From a virus, in the IMG/VR virus record IMGVR_UViG_3300045988_175898: a stretch of 36,457 nt of DNA; one strand, 5' to 3'. Every line of letters starts with the position of its first letter. Position 1 is the first letter of the stretch. This document shows, in pieces, positions 1 to 7,033 of this stretch. A program made the position numbers and the translations under genes. The notes beneath the pieces are model-generated. The model was given only the letters and a program-made list of their open reading frames with translations, ran no database searches and had not been told where the DNA came from.

Positions 1-55
1 AGAGAAAAAACAGTTACGGGAGAGAGAAAAAACAGTTACGGGAGAGAGAAAAAAC
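1..55. repeat. terminal redundancy: nt 1-55 identical to nt 36403-36457 (overlap of a circular contig)
   Basis: Direct comparison of both window ends. The unique length is 36402 nt. Confidence 0.9.
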
Positions 56-75
56 TACCTCCCGTGACTGAAAAA
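1..75. repeat. 22-nt tandem repeat AGAGAAAAAACAGTTACGGGAG (copies at 1-22 and 23-44, partial at 45-55) with an inverted copy of its 3' part
   Basis: A6 tracts at 5-10, 27-32 and 49-54, plus an A5 tract at 71-75, give a 22-nt phasing. CAGTTACGGGAG (33-44) pairs with CTCCCGTGACTG (59-70) in 12 bp with one G-T. Confidence 0.85.
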
Positions 76-95
76 TCCCTCCCCCTATGTGGTAG

Positions 96-230
96 GGTTT
101 TGAGTTTTAAGGTTATGAGGTTATAATGTCACCTCTGCTTGCCCAAACTCTTAAAGGTTACTTTATAACCTCATAACCTCAAAACTCAAAACTCAAAACT
201 TTATAAACTTAAAACTATATCCCCACCATC
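96..230. repeat. IPE-1: intergenic palindromic element, T-type core in forward orientation, variant arms
   Basis: Core ACCTCTGCTTGCCCAAACTCTTAAAGG at 131-157. The arms are GTTTTGAGTTTTAAGGTTATGAGGTTATAA and TTATAACCTCATAACCTCAAAACTCAAAAC. They differ from the other copies but remain mutually complementary. Confidence 0.85.
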
Positions 231-530
231 ATGACAACACTCACACTCCTGCCCCTCGGCCTGCTTGCCCTCTGCCTCGCCACCGCCCTGGGCTACCAAT
301 ACGGCTGCCGCCGCACAAAGGCACAAGCCAGCGACGAACTGCGCCGCGCCACAAGCAACACACGCCTCACCGCCTACGACGAAGGCTACACCCGGGGCTA
401 CGACGACGGACACAAAGCTGGAAAAGATGAAGGCTTCAGCGACGGCCGACGCTACGAAGCCGCCACACACCACAACCAGCAAGTAATAGAGGCCGAAATA
501 GCACGACACCTCAAACACCCACGCCAATGA
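231..530 (+). CDS. hypothetical protein with N-terminal hydrophobic helix
   Basis: 99-aa ORF with N-terminus MTTLTLLPLGLLALCLATALG. It begins just after IPE-1, and its stop overlaps the next start (ATGA). Confidence 0.5.
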   Translation: MTTLTLLPLGLLALCLATALGYQYGCRRTKAQASDELRRATSNTRLTAYDEGYTRGYDDGHKAGKDEGFSDGRRYEAATHHNQQVIEAEIARHLKHPRQ

Positions 531-778
531 ACACACCCAAACTACACTCCAGCATCAGCCAGCACGACGCACTGCGCCTGCTCGAAGACGGGGAACCGCA
601 CCGCCTGCGCGTGTGGAAACTCTCAACCGGCGACATACTCACCTACGAGGGCGCACGCTGCATAGGCGGGCACAAGCGACGCGGCACACACCGCATCAGG
701 CTCCCGCAGTCGGCACTCATTCGCGAGTTCCGCGACTGCACACTCTTTGAAATAGACCATATGAGCGTATATTGGTAG
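527..778 (+). CDS. hypothetical protein
   Basis: 83-aa ORF with an ATGA overlap to the upstream ORF. It is followed directly by IPE-2. Confidence 0.5.
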   Translation: MNTPKLHSSISQHDALRLLEDGEPHRLRVWKLSTGDILTYEGARCIGGHKRRGTHRIRLPQSALIREFRDCTLFEIDHMSVYW

Positions 779-932
779 GCGAGGAGTTGAAAAGTTGAGG
801 AGTTGAAAAGTTAAGAAGTCGCTTTTAAGAGTTGGGCAAGCAGAGGTAACCTCTTAACTTTTCAACTCTTCAACTTTTCAACTTGACATTCCCCTTAACT
901 TTTCAACTCTTAAACTTATAAACTTAAAAATC
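779..932. repeat. IPE-2: T-type core in REVERSE orientation
   Basis: CTTTTAAGAGTTGGGCAAGCAGAGGT at 822-847 is the reverse complement of the canonical core. Arms are GAGTTGAAAAGTT x2 and AACTTTTCAAC x3, with TTGACATTCC at 883-892. Confidence 0.9.
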
Positions 933-1301
933 ATGCTCCCCCCCATACCCGACGAATGGCTCACCACCCAAGGCTTCAGCCGCCTCTACCGCGAGGGCGG
1001 CGATGCCTTCCGCACATTCGCCCGCCAAGTGTACGACTACCTCGAAACCATGCGCCCCGGCCGCAGCGTCACCTTCCGCCGCTACCAAGGCTCGCCAAAG
1101 CTCGAATGGTGCGTGCGCACGGCAGCCATCTTCCTGCTCGCCGCCGACCACTGGCGTAACTACGACCTCATGGACGACCGCATAACCATACGCCGACACC
1201 GCACACCACCCACACGCACGCCACCCACCAACACCCACTACCGACCCACAGCCACCATCAGCCAAGCCACCCGCCGCATGTACGGACACCACAACGACTG
1301 A
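933..1301 (+). CDS. hypothetical protein
   Basis: 122-aa ORF starting 6 nt after the CTTATAAACTTAAAAA box of IPE-2. The C-terminus is low-complexity and rich in T, P and R. Confidence 0.45.
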   Translation: MLPPIPDEWLTTQGFSRLYREGGDAFRTFARQVYDYLETMRPGRSVTFRRYQGSPKLEWCVRTAAIFLLAADHWRNYDLMDDRITIRRHRTPPTRTPPTNTHYRPTATISQATRRMYGHHND

Positions 1302-1322
1302 CAAAAAACCACACCACAAACA

Positions 1323-1354
1323 CTTGCGGTAATAAAAAAATAACCCTACCTTTG
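1323..1354 (+). promoter_or_regulatory. candidate Bacteroidota promoter (cTTG ... TACCTTTG)
   Basis: TACCTTTG at 1347-1354 fits the -7 consensus TAnnTTTG. A CTTG lies at 1323-1326, 20 nt upstream. The promoter is 43 nt before the ATG at 1397. Confidence 0.45.
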
Positions 1355-1396
1355 CCACATAGCAAAACAAACATATACACACATATATAACACACC

Positions 1397-1642
1397 ATGC
1401 CAGAAATACTCAGACTCTTCGGCCTCATATTCAGCATCTACACCCGCGACCACCAACCACCCCATGTGCACGTGCGCAACGCCGACGGCGAAGCAAAGTT
1501 CATAGTGGGAACGACCATCGAACTCGAAAAAAACTGCGGAATGAAGAACAAGGACATACGACTGGCCGAAGCCATACTCGAAGAGAACAAAGACCTCGTC
1601 ATAAGCAACTGGGTAAAGATACACGGCCGCATTGACGATTAA
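1397..1642 (+). CDS. DUF4160 family protein
   Basis: 81 aa. MPEILRLFGLIFSIYTRDHQPPHVHV matches the DUF4160 hallmark (MP..., DHxPPHxH) as recalled from memory. Confidence 0.7.
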   Translation: MPEILRLFGLIFSIYTRDHQPPHVHVRNADGEAKFIVGTTIELEKNCGMKNKDIRLAEAILEENKDLVISNWVKIHGRIDD

Positions 1643-1677
1643 CCACACACATACATAACACCAACACACACCGAGCC

Positions 1678-2085
1678 ATGAAAATAGTAAAAATAAAATT
1701 CGACACCGCCCACATCATCGGCACCACCGACGACGGCCGCGAGCTGCGGCAGTCTCTGCTATACTACCCACGGCTCTACCACGCCACACCTGAGCAGCGC
1801 AACCAATACACCATCAACGCCTTTGGCATAAGGTGGGACAACCTCGACGAGGACATGAGCTTCGACAGCTTTGAGTACGACAACCCCGAACCCACAAGCC
1901 TCTCACGCTTCTTCCTCATGCACGACGAAATCAACGCATCAGCCGTAGCGCGCAAGGCCGGCATAAGCCAAAGCCTGCTGGCACAATACGTCAAAGGCAC
2001 CAAGAACCCCTCAGCCGAACTAAAGGCCCAACTTCTCACCATCATTCACAACATCGGGCGGAACTTGCAGCAAACAAAGTTCTGA
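1678..2085 (+). CDS. DUF2442-like domain fused to a C-terminal XRE-type HTH
   Basis: 135 aa. The N-terminal region (IVKIKFD...GIRWDNLDEDMSFDSF) looks DUF2442-like. The C-terminal region (AVARKAGISQSLLAQYVKGTKNPS) looks like an HTH. The gene sits immediately after the DUF4160 gene. Confidence 0.6.
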   Translation: MKIVKIKFDTAHIIGTTDDGRELRQSLLYYPRLYHATPEQRNQYTINAFGIRWDNLDEDMSFDSFEYDNPEPTSLSRFFLMHDEINASAVARKAGISQSLLAQYVKGTKNPSAELKAQLLTIIHNIGRNLQQTKF

Positions 2086-2133
2086 CAACCACACCACAAG
2101 CCCACCACAAACCCGACACAAACCCGACACACC

Positions 2134-2166
2134 GCCCGGCACGTCCCCCCACGTGCCGGGCTTTTT
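2134..2166 (+). terminator. rho-independent terminator
   Basis: GCCCGGCACGT (2134-2144), loop CCCCCC, ACGTGCCGGGC (2151-2161), then TTTTT. Confidence 0.8.
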
Positions 2167-2269
2167 CGTGCCCGCACGCCACCTTAAATCCGTGAAATTG
2201 ACCAATCCCGAACCACTGAGCGGGCAGAAAGTTTTTACCACACCCCCTAAAATCGTACTTTTTTTTTGT

Positions 2270-2530
2270 AATTTTGTATCACACTTTGTATCAAGCAAAG
2301 AAAAGTATTGAATATCAATAAAATAAAGAAGGAAAAAAGGCGATACAAAACCCGATACAATTCTGATACAATTTTTTTCGAAAATGTATCACCCCCGTTT
2401 TGTATCAGCCCCCGCCCCCCCTGATACAATTTCATTTTGCCCGATACAAAAATGTATCAGCCAAAGATGAAAAATGTATCACTTGAAAATCAGAGAGTTA
2501 CGTTATAAAATTACGCTGATACAAAATTAC
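2270..2530. repeat. iteron field: 12 copies of TGTATCA / (T/C)GATACA in both orientations
   Basis: GTATC-orientation copies lie near 2276, 2287, 2386, 2400, 2453 and 2475. GATAC-orientation copies lie near 2342, 2354, 2365, 2423, 2442 and 2518. The field sits in an AT-rich non-coding gap of about 670 nt (2086-2758). Confidence 0.85.
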
Positions 2531-2631
2531 AGAAAAAAAATACGAAATTCGACCTCAGCCAGATTACAGGAAAAACACACCGCACGCACTACGCCACGAA
2601 CCAAGCCCGAAAAACGACAAAAAGAACAAGG

Positions 2632-2758
2632 GTAAAAGTTGAAAAGTTTAGGAGTTGAAAAGTTTAGAGGTTACCTCTGCGAGTTCAACCTCTAAAACAT
2701 TCCTCTTAACTCTTAAACTTTTCAACTCCTCAACTTTAATTTTCCCCCCTCCCCACAC
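2632..2758. repeat. IPE-3: G-type core, forward
   Basis: ACCTCTGCGAGTTCAACCTCTAAAAC at 2673-2698, with the palindrome AGAGGTTACCTCT at the arm/core junction. ACATTCCTCTTAAC follows the core. Confidence 0.9.
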
Positions 2759-3271
2759 ATGAAAGGCCTAACCGTATACCTCCGTCTTGAGCCATACCTG
2801 CGCCAATGGCTTACCCACCACTTTGGCAGCCCCGTGCGCTTCCCGCCACGCTCCTACGAGAATATGCTCCTCCACCGCCTGCTCTCACGCCCCGCAGCTG
2901 GAGCCACCACCGCCACGGGGCCAACCTGCCCGCCCGACAGCGTGGCAATAGTCATAACCGACCACGCCCAGCGGCGGCCCGAATACTGGTGCCACCTCTC
3001 ACGCAGGGCACAGGCCGAAATGGCACGCGCCGTGGCCAACCTCTTTTGCCTCGCCCTGTGGAGCGAGTGCGTGTGCCTCATACACAGCGGCACACTCAAC
3101 CGCGGCATCGACTCATGGTGTCAGGCCAACGGCATTGCACTCATCTACCGCGAGGGCGTAAGGCAGAAGTTTTACCGCATGCGGCGCCTTTATGCGCAGA
3201 ATGGCGTAATTCTTGGCAAAAAATATACCCACGCAAGTGGTAATAATCACACACACACCACCCACCCATGA
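2759..3271 (+). CDS. hypothetical protein (possible small terminase by position only)
   Basis: 170-aa ORF whose stop overlaps the TerL start (ATGA at 3268-3271). I recognise no motif. Confidence 0.4.
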   Translation: MKGLTVYLRLEPYLRQWLTHHFGSPVRFPPRSYENMLLHRLLSRPAAGATTATGPTCPPDSVAIVITDHAQRRPEYWCHLSRRAQAEMARAVANLFCLALWSECVCLIHSGTLNRGIDSWCQANGIALIYREGVRQKFYRMRRLYAQNGVILGKKYTHASGNNHTHTTHP

Positions 3272-4890
3272 GCACCCCCACACCCCAACAAATATACATG
3301 AACCGCATGCAGCGCGAAGTGTGCGCCATCGACGCCCACACCAACGTGATAGTGGCCGGCCGAGGCACAGGCAAAAGCATGCTGCACGCCTGGATCAACC
3401 TGCGCAACATGCAGGCCATGCCACGCAGCACCACCGCCTTTGTGTGCCCCACAGCCATCAGGGCAAAGACCAACACGCTGCCCTCAATGTTCGAGCACTG
3501 GGAGAAATGGGGCTACCGCCGCGGCCTGCACTGGGACATAGGCCACCGTCCGCCACGCTCGCTCGACTGGCCCGCGCCACTCGTCACACCCGACAACTGG
3601 GAAAACATCATCACCTTCTATAACGGTGCCATTGGCCAGATAGTGAGCCAGGACCGCGTGGGCACCTCCAACTCAAAGAGCTTTGACTACATAGACATTG
3701 ACGAAGCCAAGTTTGTAGACTACGAGCGGCTGAAGGACGAAACCTTCCCCGCCAACCGCGGGCAGCAGCGCGAGTTTGGCGACCTGCCCTTCCACCACGG
3801 CATGCTCATCACCTCCGACATGCCCGTGTCGCGGCGCGGCTCATGGTTCATGCGCTATGCCGACCAGTGCGACACCGAACTCATCAGCACCATCGAGGCC
3901 CTCGTGGCCGACGAGCAGCAAACCCTGCAGCGCATGGCACAGGGCGACACCACCCCCTACCTGCCCGAGCGCATCAAGCAAACGCGCCGCCTGCTCGCCT
4001 CGCTCCGCCGCCGCGCCACACTCTACCGCACCTACTCCAGCCTTACCAACATCGAAGTGCTGGGCGAGGCATGGGTGCGACAGATGCGGCGCGACCTCAC
4101 CCCCATGGTGTTCCGCACCTCCATACTGTGCCGCCCCGTCGAGGTGCTAAAGGACGGCTTCTACTCCTCAATGCGCCCCTCACACCGCTACACCTCCACC
4201 GACTACCATGTGGTCGACGCCCTGGGCTACGACTTCAAGGCACTCAGCAAGATGGCCGGCACATGCAAGGCCGATGCCGACATCAACCGCGGCCACCCCC
4301 TGTGCATAGCTTTCGACTACAACAACAATATCAACTGGCTCGTGGCAGGCCAGCCCGACGAGGACCGCCGACGCCTCAATGTGCTAAAATCTTTTTACGT
4401 AAAGTATGAGCGCAAACTGCCCGCCCTCATAGCCGACTTTTGCCAGTACTACGACCCGCTGCCCATGCACGAGGTGGTGTTCTACTACGACGCCACCGCC
4501 CTCGGCTCCAACTACGCCGTCAACGACCAGGACTTCCGCTGGGTAATCACCCACGAGCTGCAGCTGCACGGCTGGCGCGTGCGCCCCGTCTACATAGGCA
4601 CCCCCATGAAGCATCTTGAGAAGTACCAACTCATCAACCGCGGCTTCGACGGCAAGGCCCGGCTCATGCCATTCTTTAACGAACCCAACAACCCCGACCT
4701 GCTCATCTCCGTACAGACTGCCGGCGTGTACAACGGCAAGAAGGACAAGCGGCGCGAAAAGCTGGCCGAGACCGACGAGGACCGACTCGAAAGCCGCACC
4801 GACGGCTCCGACGCTTTCGACACCTTATATATAGGATGCGAACGTTTCCCCCAGCAGCCCGTGCAACTCGTCGTCACGGGCGGCGGCTGA
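3268..4890 (+). CDS. terL: terminase large subunit
   Basis: 540 aa. It has a Walker A-like VAGRGTGKS and a Walker B-like FDYIDIDEA. Size and position are typical of TerL. Confidence 0.8.
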   Translation: MSTPTPQQIYMNRMQREVCAIDAHTNVIVAGRGTGKSMLHAWINLRNMQAMPRSTTAFVCPTAIRAKTNTLPSMFEHWEKWGYRRGLHWDIGHRPPRSLDWPAPLVTPDNWENIITFYNGAIGQIVSQDRVGTSNSKSFDYIDIDEAKFVDYERLKDETFPANRGQQREFGDLPFHHGMLITSDMPVSRRGSWFMRYADQCDTELISTIEALVADEQQTLQRMAQGDTTPYLPERIKQTRRLLASLRRRATLYRTYSSLTNIEVLGEAWVRQMRRDLTPMVFRTSILCRPVEVLKDGFYSSMRPSHRYTSTDYHVVDALGYDFKALSKMAGTCKADADINRGHPLCIAFDYNNNINWLVAGQPDEDRRRLNVLKSFYVKYERKLPALIADFCQYYDPLPMHEVVFYYDATALGSNYAVNDQDFRWVITHELQLHGWRVRPVYIGTPMKHLEKYQLINRGFDGKARLMPFFNEPNNPDLLISVQTAGVYNGKKDKRREKLAETDEDRLESRTDGSDAFDTLYIGCERFPQQPVQLVVTGGG

Positions 4891-4926
4891 TGCCAATCAA
4901 ATAATACAAAAAAACTTATTACTCCC

Positions 4927-4957
4927 TTTGTTAATAAGCATATTATTATTATCTTTG
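4927..4957 (+). promoter_or_regulatory. Bacteroidota-type promoter TTTG-N19-TATCTTTG
   Basis: TTTG at 4927-4930 and TATCTTTG at 4950-4957, in an AT-rich island. Confidence 0.6.
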
Positions 4958-4994
4958 CAGTGTAATAAAAACAAAGAAAGGAGGTGTACAATGA

Positions 4995-5132
4995 ATGACT
5001 AAGAAAGAAAAAGTAACAGCAGCCAAAGCGATAGTAATGCTTGCAGAGTTGGCCAACACAACAAAGCACGACTACATCAAAGCCGAAGCATTAAGACTTA
5101 TCGAGGAACTCGCTGAAGCAATCGAAAGCTAA
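4995..5132 (+). CDS. small hypothetical protein (45 aa, helical), moron-like
   Basis: Hand translation gives MTKKEKVTAAKAIVMLAELANTTKHDYIKAEALRLIEELAEAIES. AGGAGG lies at 4979-4984, 10 nt upstream. The gene has its own promoter and terminator and is below the ORF-track size cutoff. Confidence 0.4.
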   Translation: MTKKEKVTAAKAIVMLAELANTTKHDYIKAEALRLIEELAEAIES

Positions 5133-5138
5133 AACAAA

Positions 5139-5166
5139 GGGCCCGCACAAGGGCGGGCCCATTTTA
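5139..5166 (+). terminator. terminator-like GC hairpin
   Basis: GGGCCCGC (5139-5146) pairs with GCGGGCCC (5153-5160), followed by ATTTTA. Confidence 0.55.
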
Positions 5167-5179
5167 ACCAACTACCACA

Positions 5180-5479
5180 ATGACACACACCGAAGCAACA
5201 GAAAAAGCGCGCCAGCTACTATCCACCGAAAGCGAGGGCGCAGTATGGCTCGCCATGATAGACACGAGTGAGTTTCTCAACCTCTCGGGCGTGGCCCGCA
5301 AATACTTCGACCGCTCGGGCAACTGGCTGCAGCAGCGCTTGCACGGGTACAAGGTTAACGGCAAGCCCGCCACCTTCAAGCCCACAGAGCTGCAACAACT
5401 CAGTCAGGCCCTGCGCCACATGGCCAAAGTGCTCACCACCTCGGCCGACAACATAGACAAGACCACACACAACTCTTAA
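5180..5479 (+). CDS. DUF5053-like protein (paralog of 27600..27842)
   Basis: 99 aa. The segment KYFDRSGNWLQQRLHGYKVNGKPATFKPTELQQLSQALRHMA resembles the Bacteroidales DUF5053 pattern. The same pattern occurs in the 27600 ORF. Confidence 0.5.
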   Translation: MTHTEATEKARQLLSTESEGAVWLAMIDTSEFLNLSGVARKYFDRSGNWLQQRLHGYKVNGKPATFKPTELQQLSQALRHMAKVLTTSADNIDKTTHNS

Positions 5480-5524
5480 CTCTTAGTCATTCACACCCCC
5501 ACTCATTTGTTTTTATTACACCCC

Positions 5525-5563
5525 AGCCCGCCAGCCTCACCCCGAGGCCGGCGGGCTTTTTTT
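5525..5563 (+). terminator. rho-independent terminator
   Basis: AGCCCGCCAGCCT (5525-5537) pairs with AGGCCGGCGGGCT (5545-5557) with one mismatch, followed by a T7 run. Confidence 0.8.
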
Positions 5564-5808
5564 GTCCTGCCGCTGCGCCGCCACGGCGCCACACTTTCAC
5601 GGCATATACCGCCCGCGCTCCCCCCGTCAGCCGGGCGCGGGGCGTAGGGCATTGGGGGGTCGAAAAGCTGACAAAGCGCACTATTTCGGAGGCCGCCCGG
5701 CCCTAATGCCCACTAAAATGGGACAAACTGCCGCCCCGCGTGCCGCAACAGAGCAAGGAGCGGGCCAAAGGCGGGCGGGTGTCTTTTACGAGCCTATATA
5801 TATAGGTG

Positions 5809-5816
5809 TACATTTG
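5809..5816 (+). promoter_or_regulatory. candidate -7 box TACATTTG upstream of the head-gene block
   Basis: Matches TAnnTTTG and lies 36 nt before the ATG at 5852. Only a weak TTTT(a) sits at the -33 position. Confidence 0.35.
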
Positions 5817-5851
5817 CCACAACTTTTAACCATTTAACACACACGCTACTT

Positions 5852-6988
5852 ATGCCACGCACTTACCACATCGACATCGACTCCTACATTGGCTACCCCA
5901 TAAGCAAGGGGTACATAAAGAGCAAGCTGCAGCCCATGAAGGGCAAGCCCTGCAACGTGCGCGTCAACTCCTACGGGGGCGACGTGCAGACGGCCATCGA
6001 CATCAGACAACAATTCATTGACCACGGACAGGTCACCGCCTACATCATAGGCATGACGGCCAGCGCGGCCACCATACTGGCCATGGGTGCGCGCAAGGTG
6101 GTGATGAGCCGCTACGCGCTGATGCTTGTGCACCCCTGTTCGGCCGCCGTGAGCACTTGGGGCTACTATAACAAGGAGGAACTTGCCAAGGCCATTGAGG
6201 GGCTGCGCAAGGCTCAGACCGACCTCAAGACGCTCGACCGCGTGGTGGCCTCGATATATGCCGCCAAGGTGGGCAACGGCAATGTCGACAGCATGGCGGC
6301 CCTCATGCATGAGGCGCGATGGATAGGTGCCGAGGAGGCGCTGCGCCTTGGCCTCATTGACGAGATTGACCCCGACGAAGAGCAGCCCGACCCCGCCAAG
6401 GAGCCCATGACCGACGCACAGCGCGAGCACATTGTGGCATGCGGGCTGCCTGTGCCAACTTTCGGCATGGCGGCTGGAAGCATGGCGGCCGAAAGCACTG
6501 AGGCTGGAAGCACTGAGGGCACTGCCGCCGCCACCATCACCACCACAGCCGAACAGCAAATGCGTAAGTCGATAGGCGAGGCGGTGCGCGATTTTTTTGA
6601 AACCCTTTTTGCGCGCGCCGCCAAGCCATCTTGCACCGCCAAGCCGCAGGGCGCGGCCGCTGCCACCACCGATGACAAGCCACATAACACTAACACCCCC
6701 ATAATGAACACACAAACTCTCACCCCCGCCACCCTGTGCGCCAAGCTCGGCGTGGCACACATCACCGCCACCGACGACAAGGTGACATTCACCACCGAGC
6801 AGATTGACGCGCTCGAAAAGGTGATCAAGGCTCTGGACGATGAAAAGAATGAGGCCGAAGCCAAACTCAACGCCACCGACGGCGACACTACAAACTCTGC
6901 CAAGCCAAGCACCGAGGCCGACGAAGGCACAGCACTGCCGGGTGCCGAGGCATGCGACTTTTACCGCAAGTACGGCTCCCTCATTTAA
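5852..6988 (+). CDS. ClpP/S14-like prohead protease with C-terminal scaffold-like region
   Basis: 378 aa. VRVNSYGGDVQTAIDIRQQFIDH...GMTASAATILAMGA...LMLVH fits the ClpP-type Ser/His arrangement. The C-terminal half is Ala/Thr/Glu-rich with a predicted coiled segment. Confidence 0.75.
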   Translation: MPRTYHIDIDSYIGYPISKGYIKSKLQPMKGKPCNVRVNSYGGDVQTAIDIRQQFIDHGQVTAYIIGMTASAATILAMGARKVVMSRYALMLVHPCSAAVSTWGYYNKEELAKAIEGLRKAQTDLKTLDRVVASIYAAKVGNGNVDSMAALMHEARWIGAEEALRLGLIDEIDPDEEQPDPAKEPMTDAQREHIVACGLPVPTFGMAAGSMAAESTEAGSTEGTAAATITTTAEQQMRKSIGEAVRDFFETLFARAAKPSCTAKPQGAAAATTDDKPHNTNTPIMNTQTLTPATLCAKLGVAHITATDDKVTFTTEQIDALEKVIKALDDEKNEAEAKLNATDGDTTNSAKPSTEADEGTALPGAEACDFYRKYGSLI

Positions 6989-7033
6989 CCAACTCATCAA
7001 CTCTTAAACTCTTAAACTTCTAAACTCTACACA

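Noticed and set aside
883-922. TTGACA in IPE right arms acting as a sigma70 -35 box, paired with the TATAAA of the terminal box
   Set aside because: The spacing to the nearest TATAAA is about 28 nt in IPE-2 and about 36 nt in IPE-16, not 16-18 nt. It is also inconsistent between copies, and Bacteroidota use TTTG/TAnnTTTG promoters.
5562-5837. 91-aa ORF in the GC-rich gap upstream of the protease gene
   Set aside because: The product is low-complexity and rich in Arg, Ala, Gly and Pro. Its start lies inside the T-run of the preceding terminator, and no start context resembles those of other genes. I treat the region as non-coding (see the finding on 5564-5851).
5846-7000. 384-aa minus-strand ORF antisense to the prohead protease gene
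   Set aside because: It overlaps a plus-strand gene with clear ClpP-like motifs across its full length. The translation is Gly/Ala/Val/Leu-rich and low in complexity. The T-poor coding strand removes stop codons from the antisense frames.
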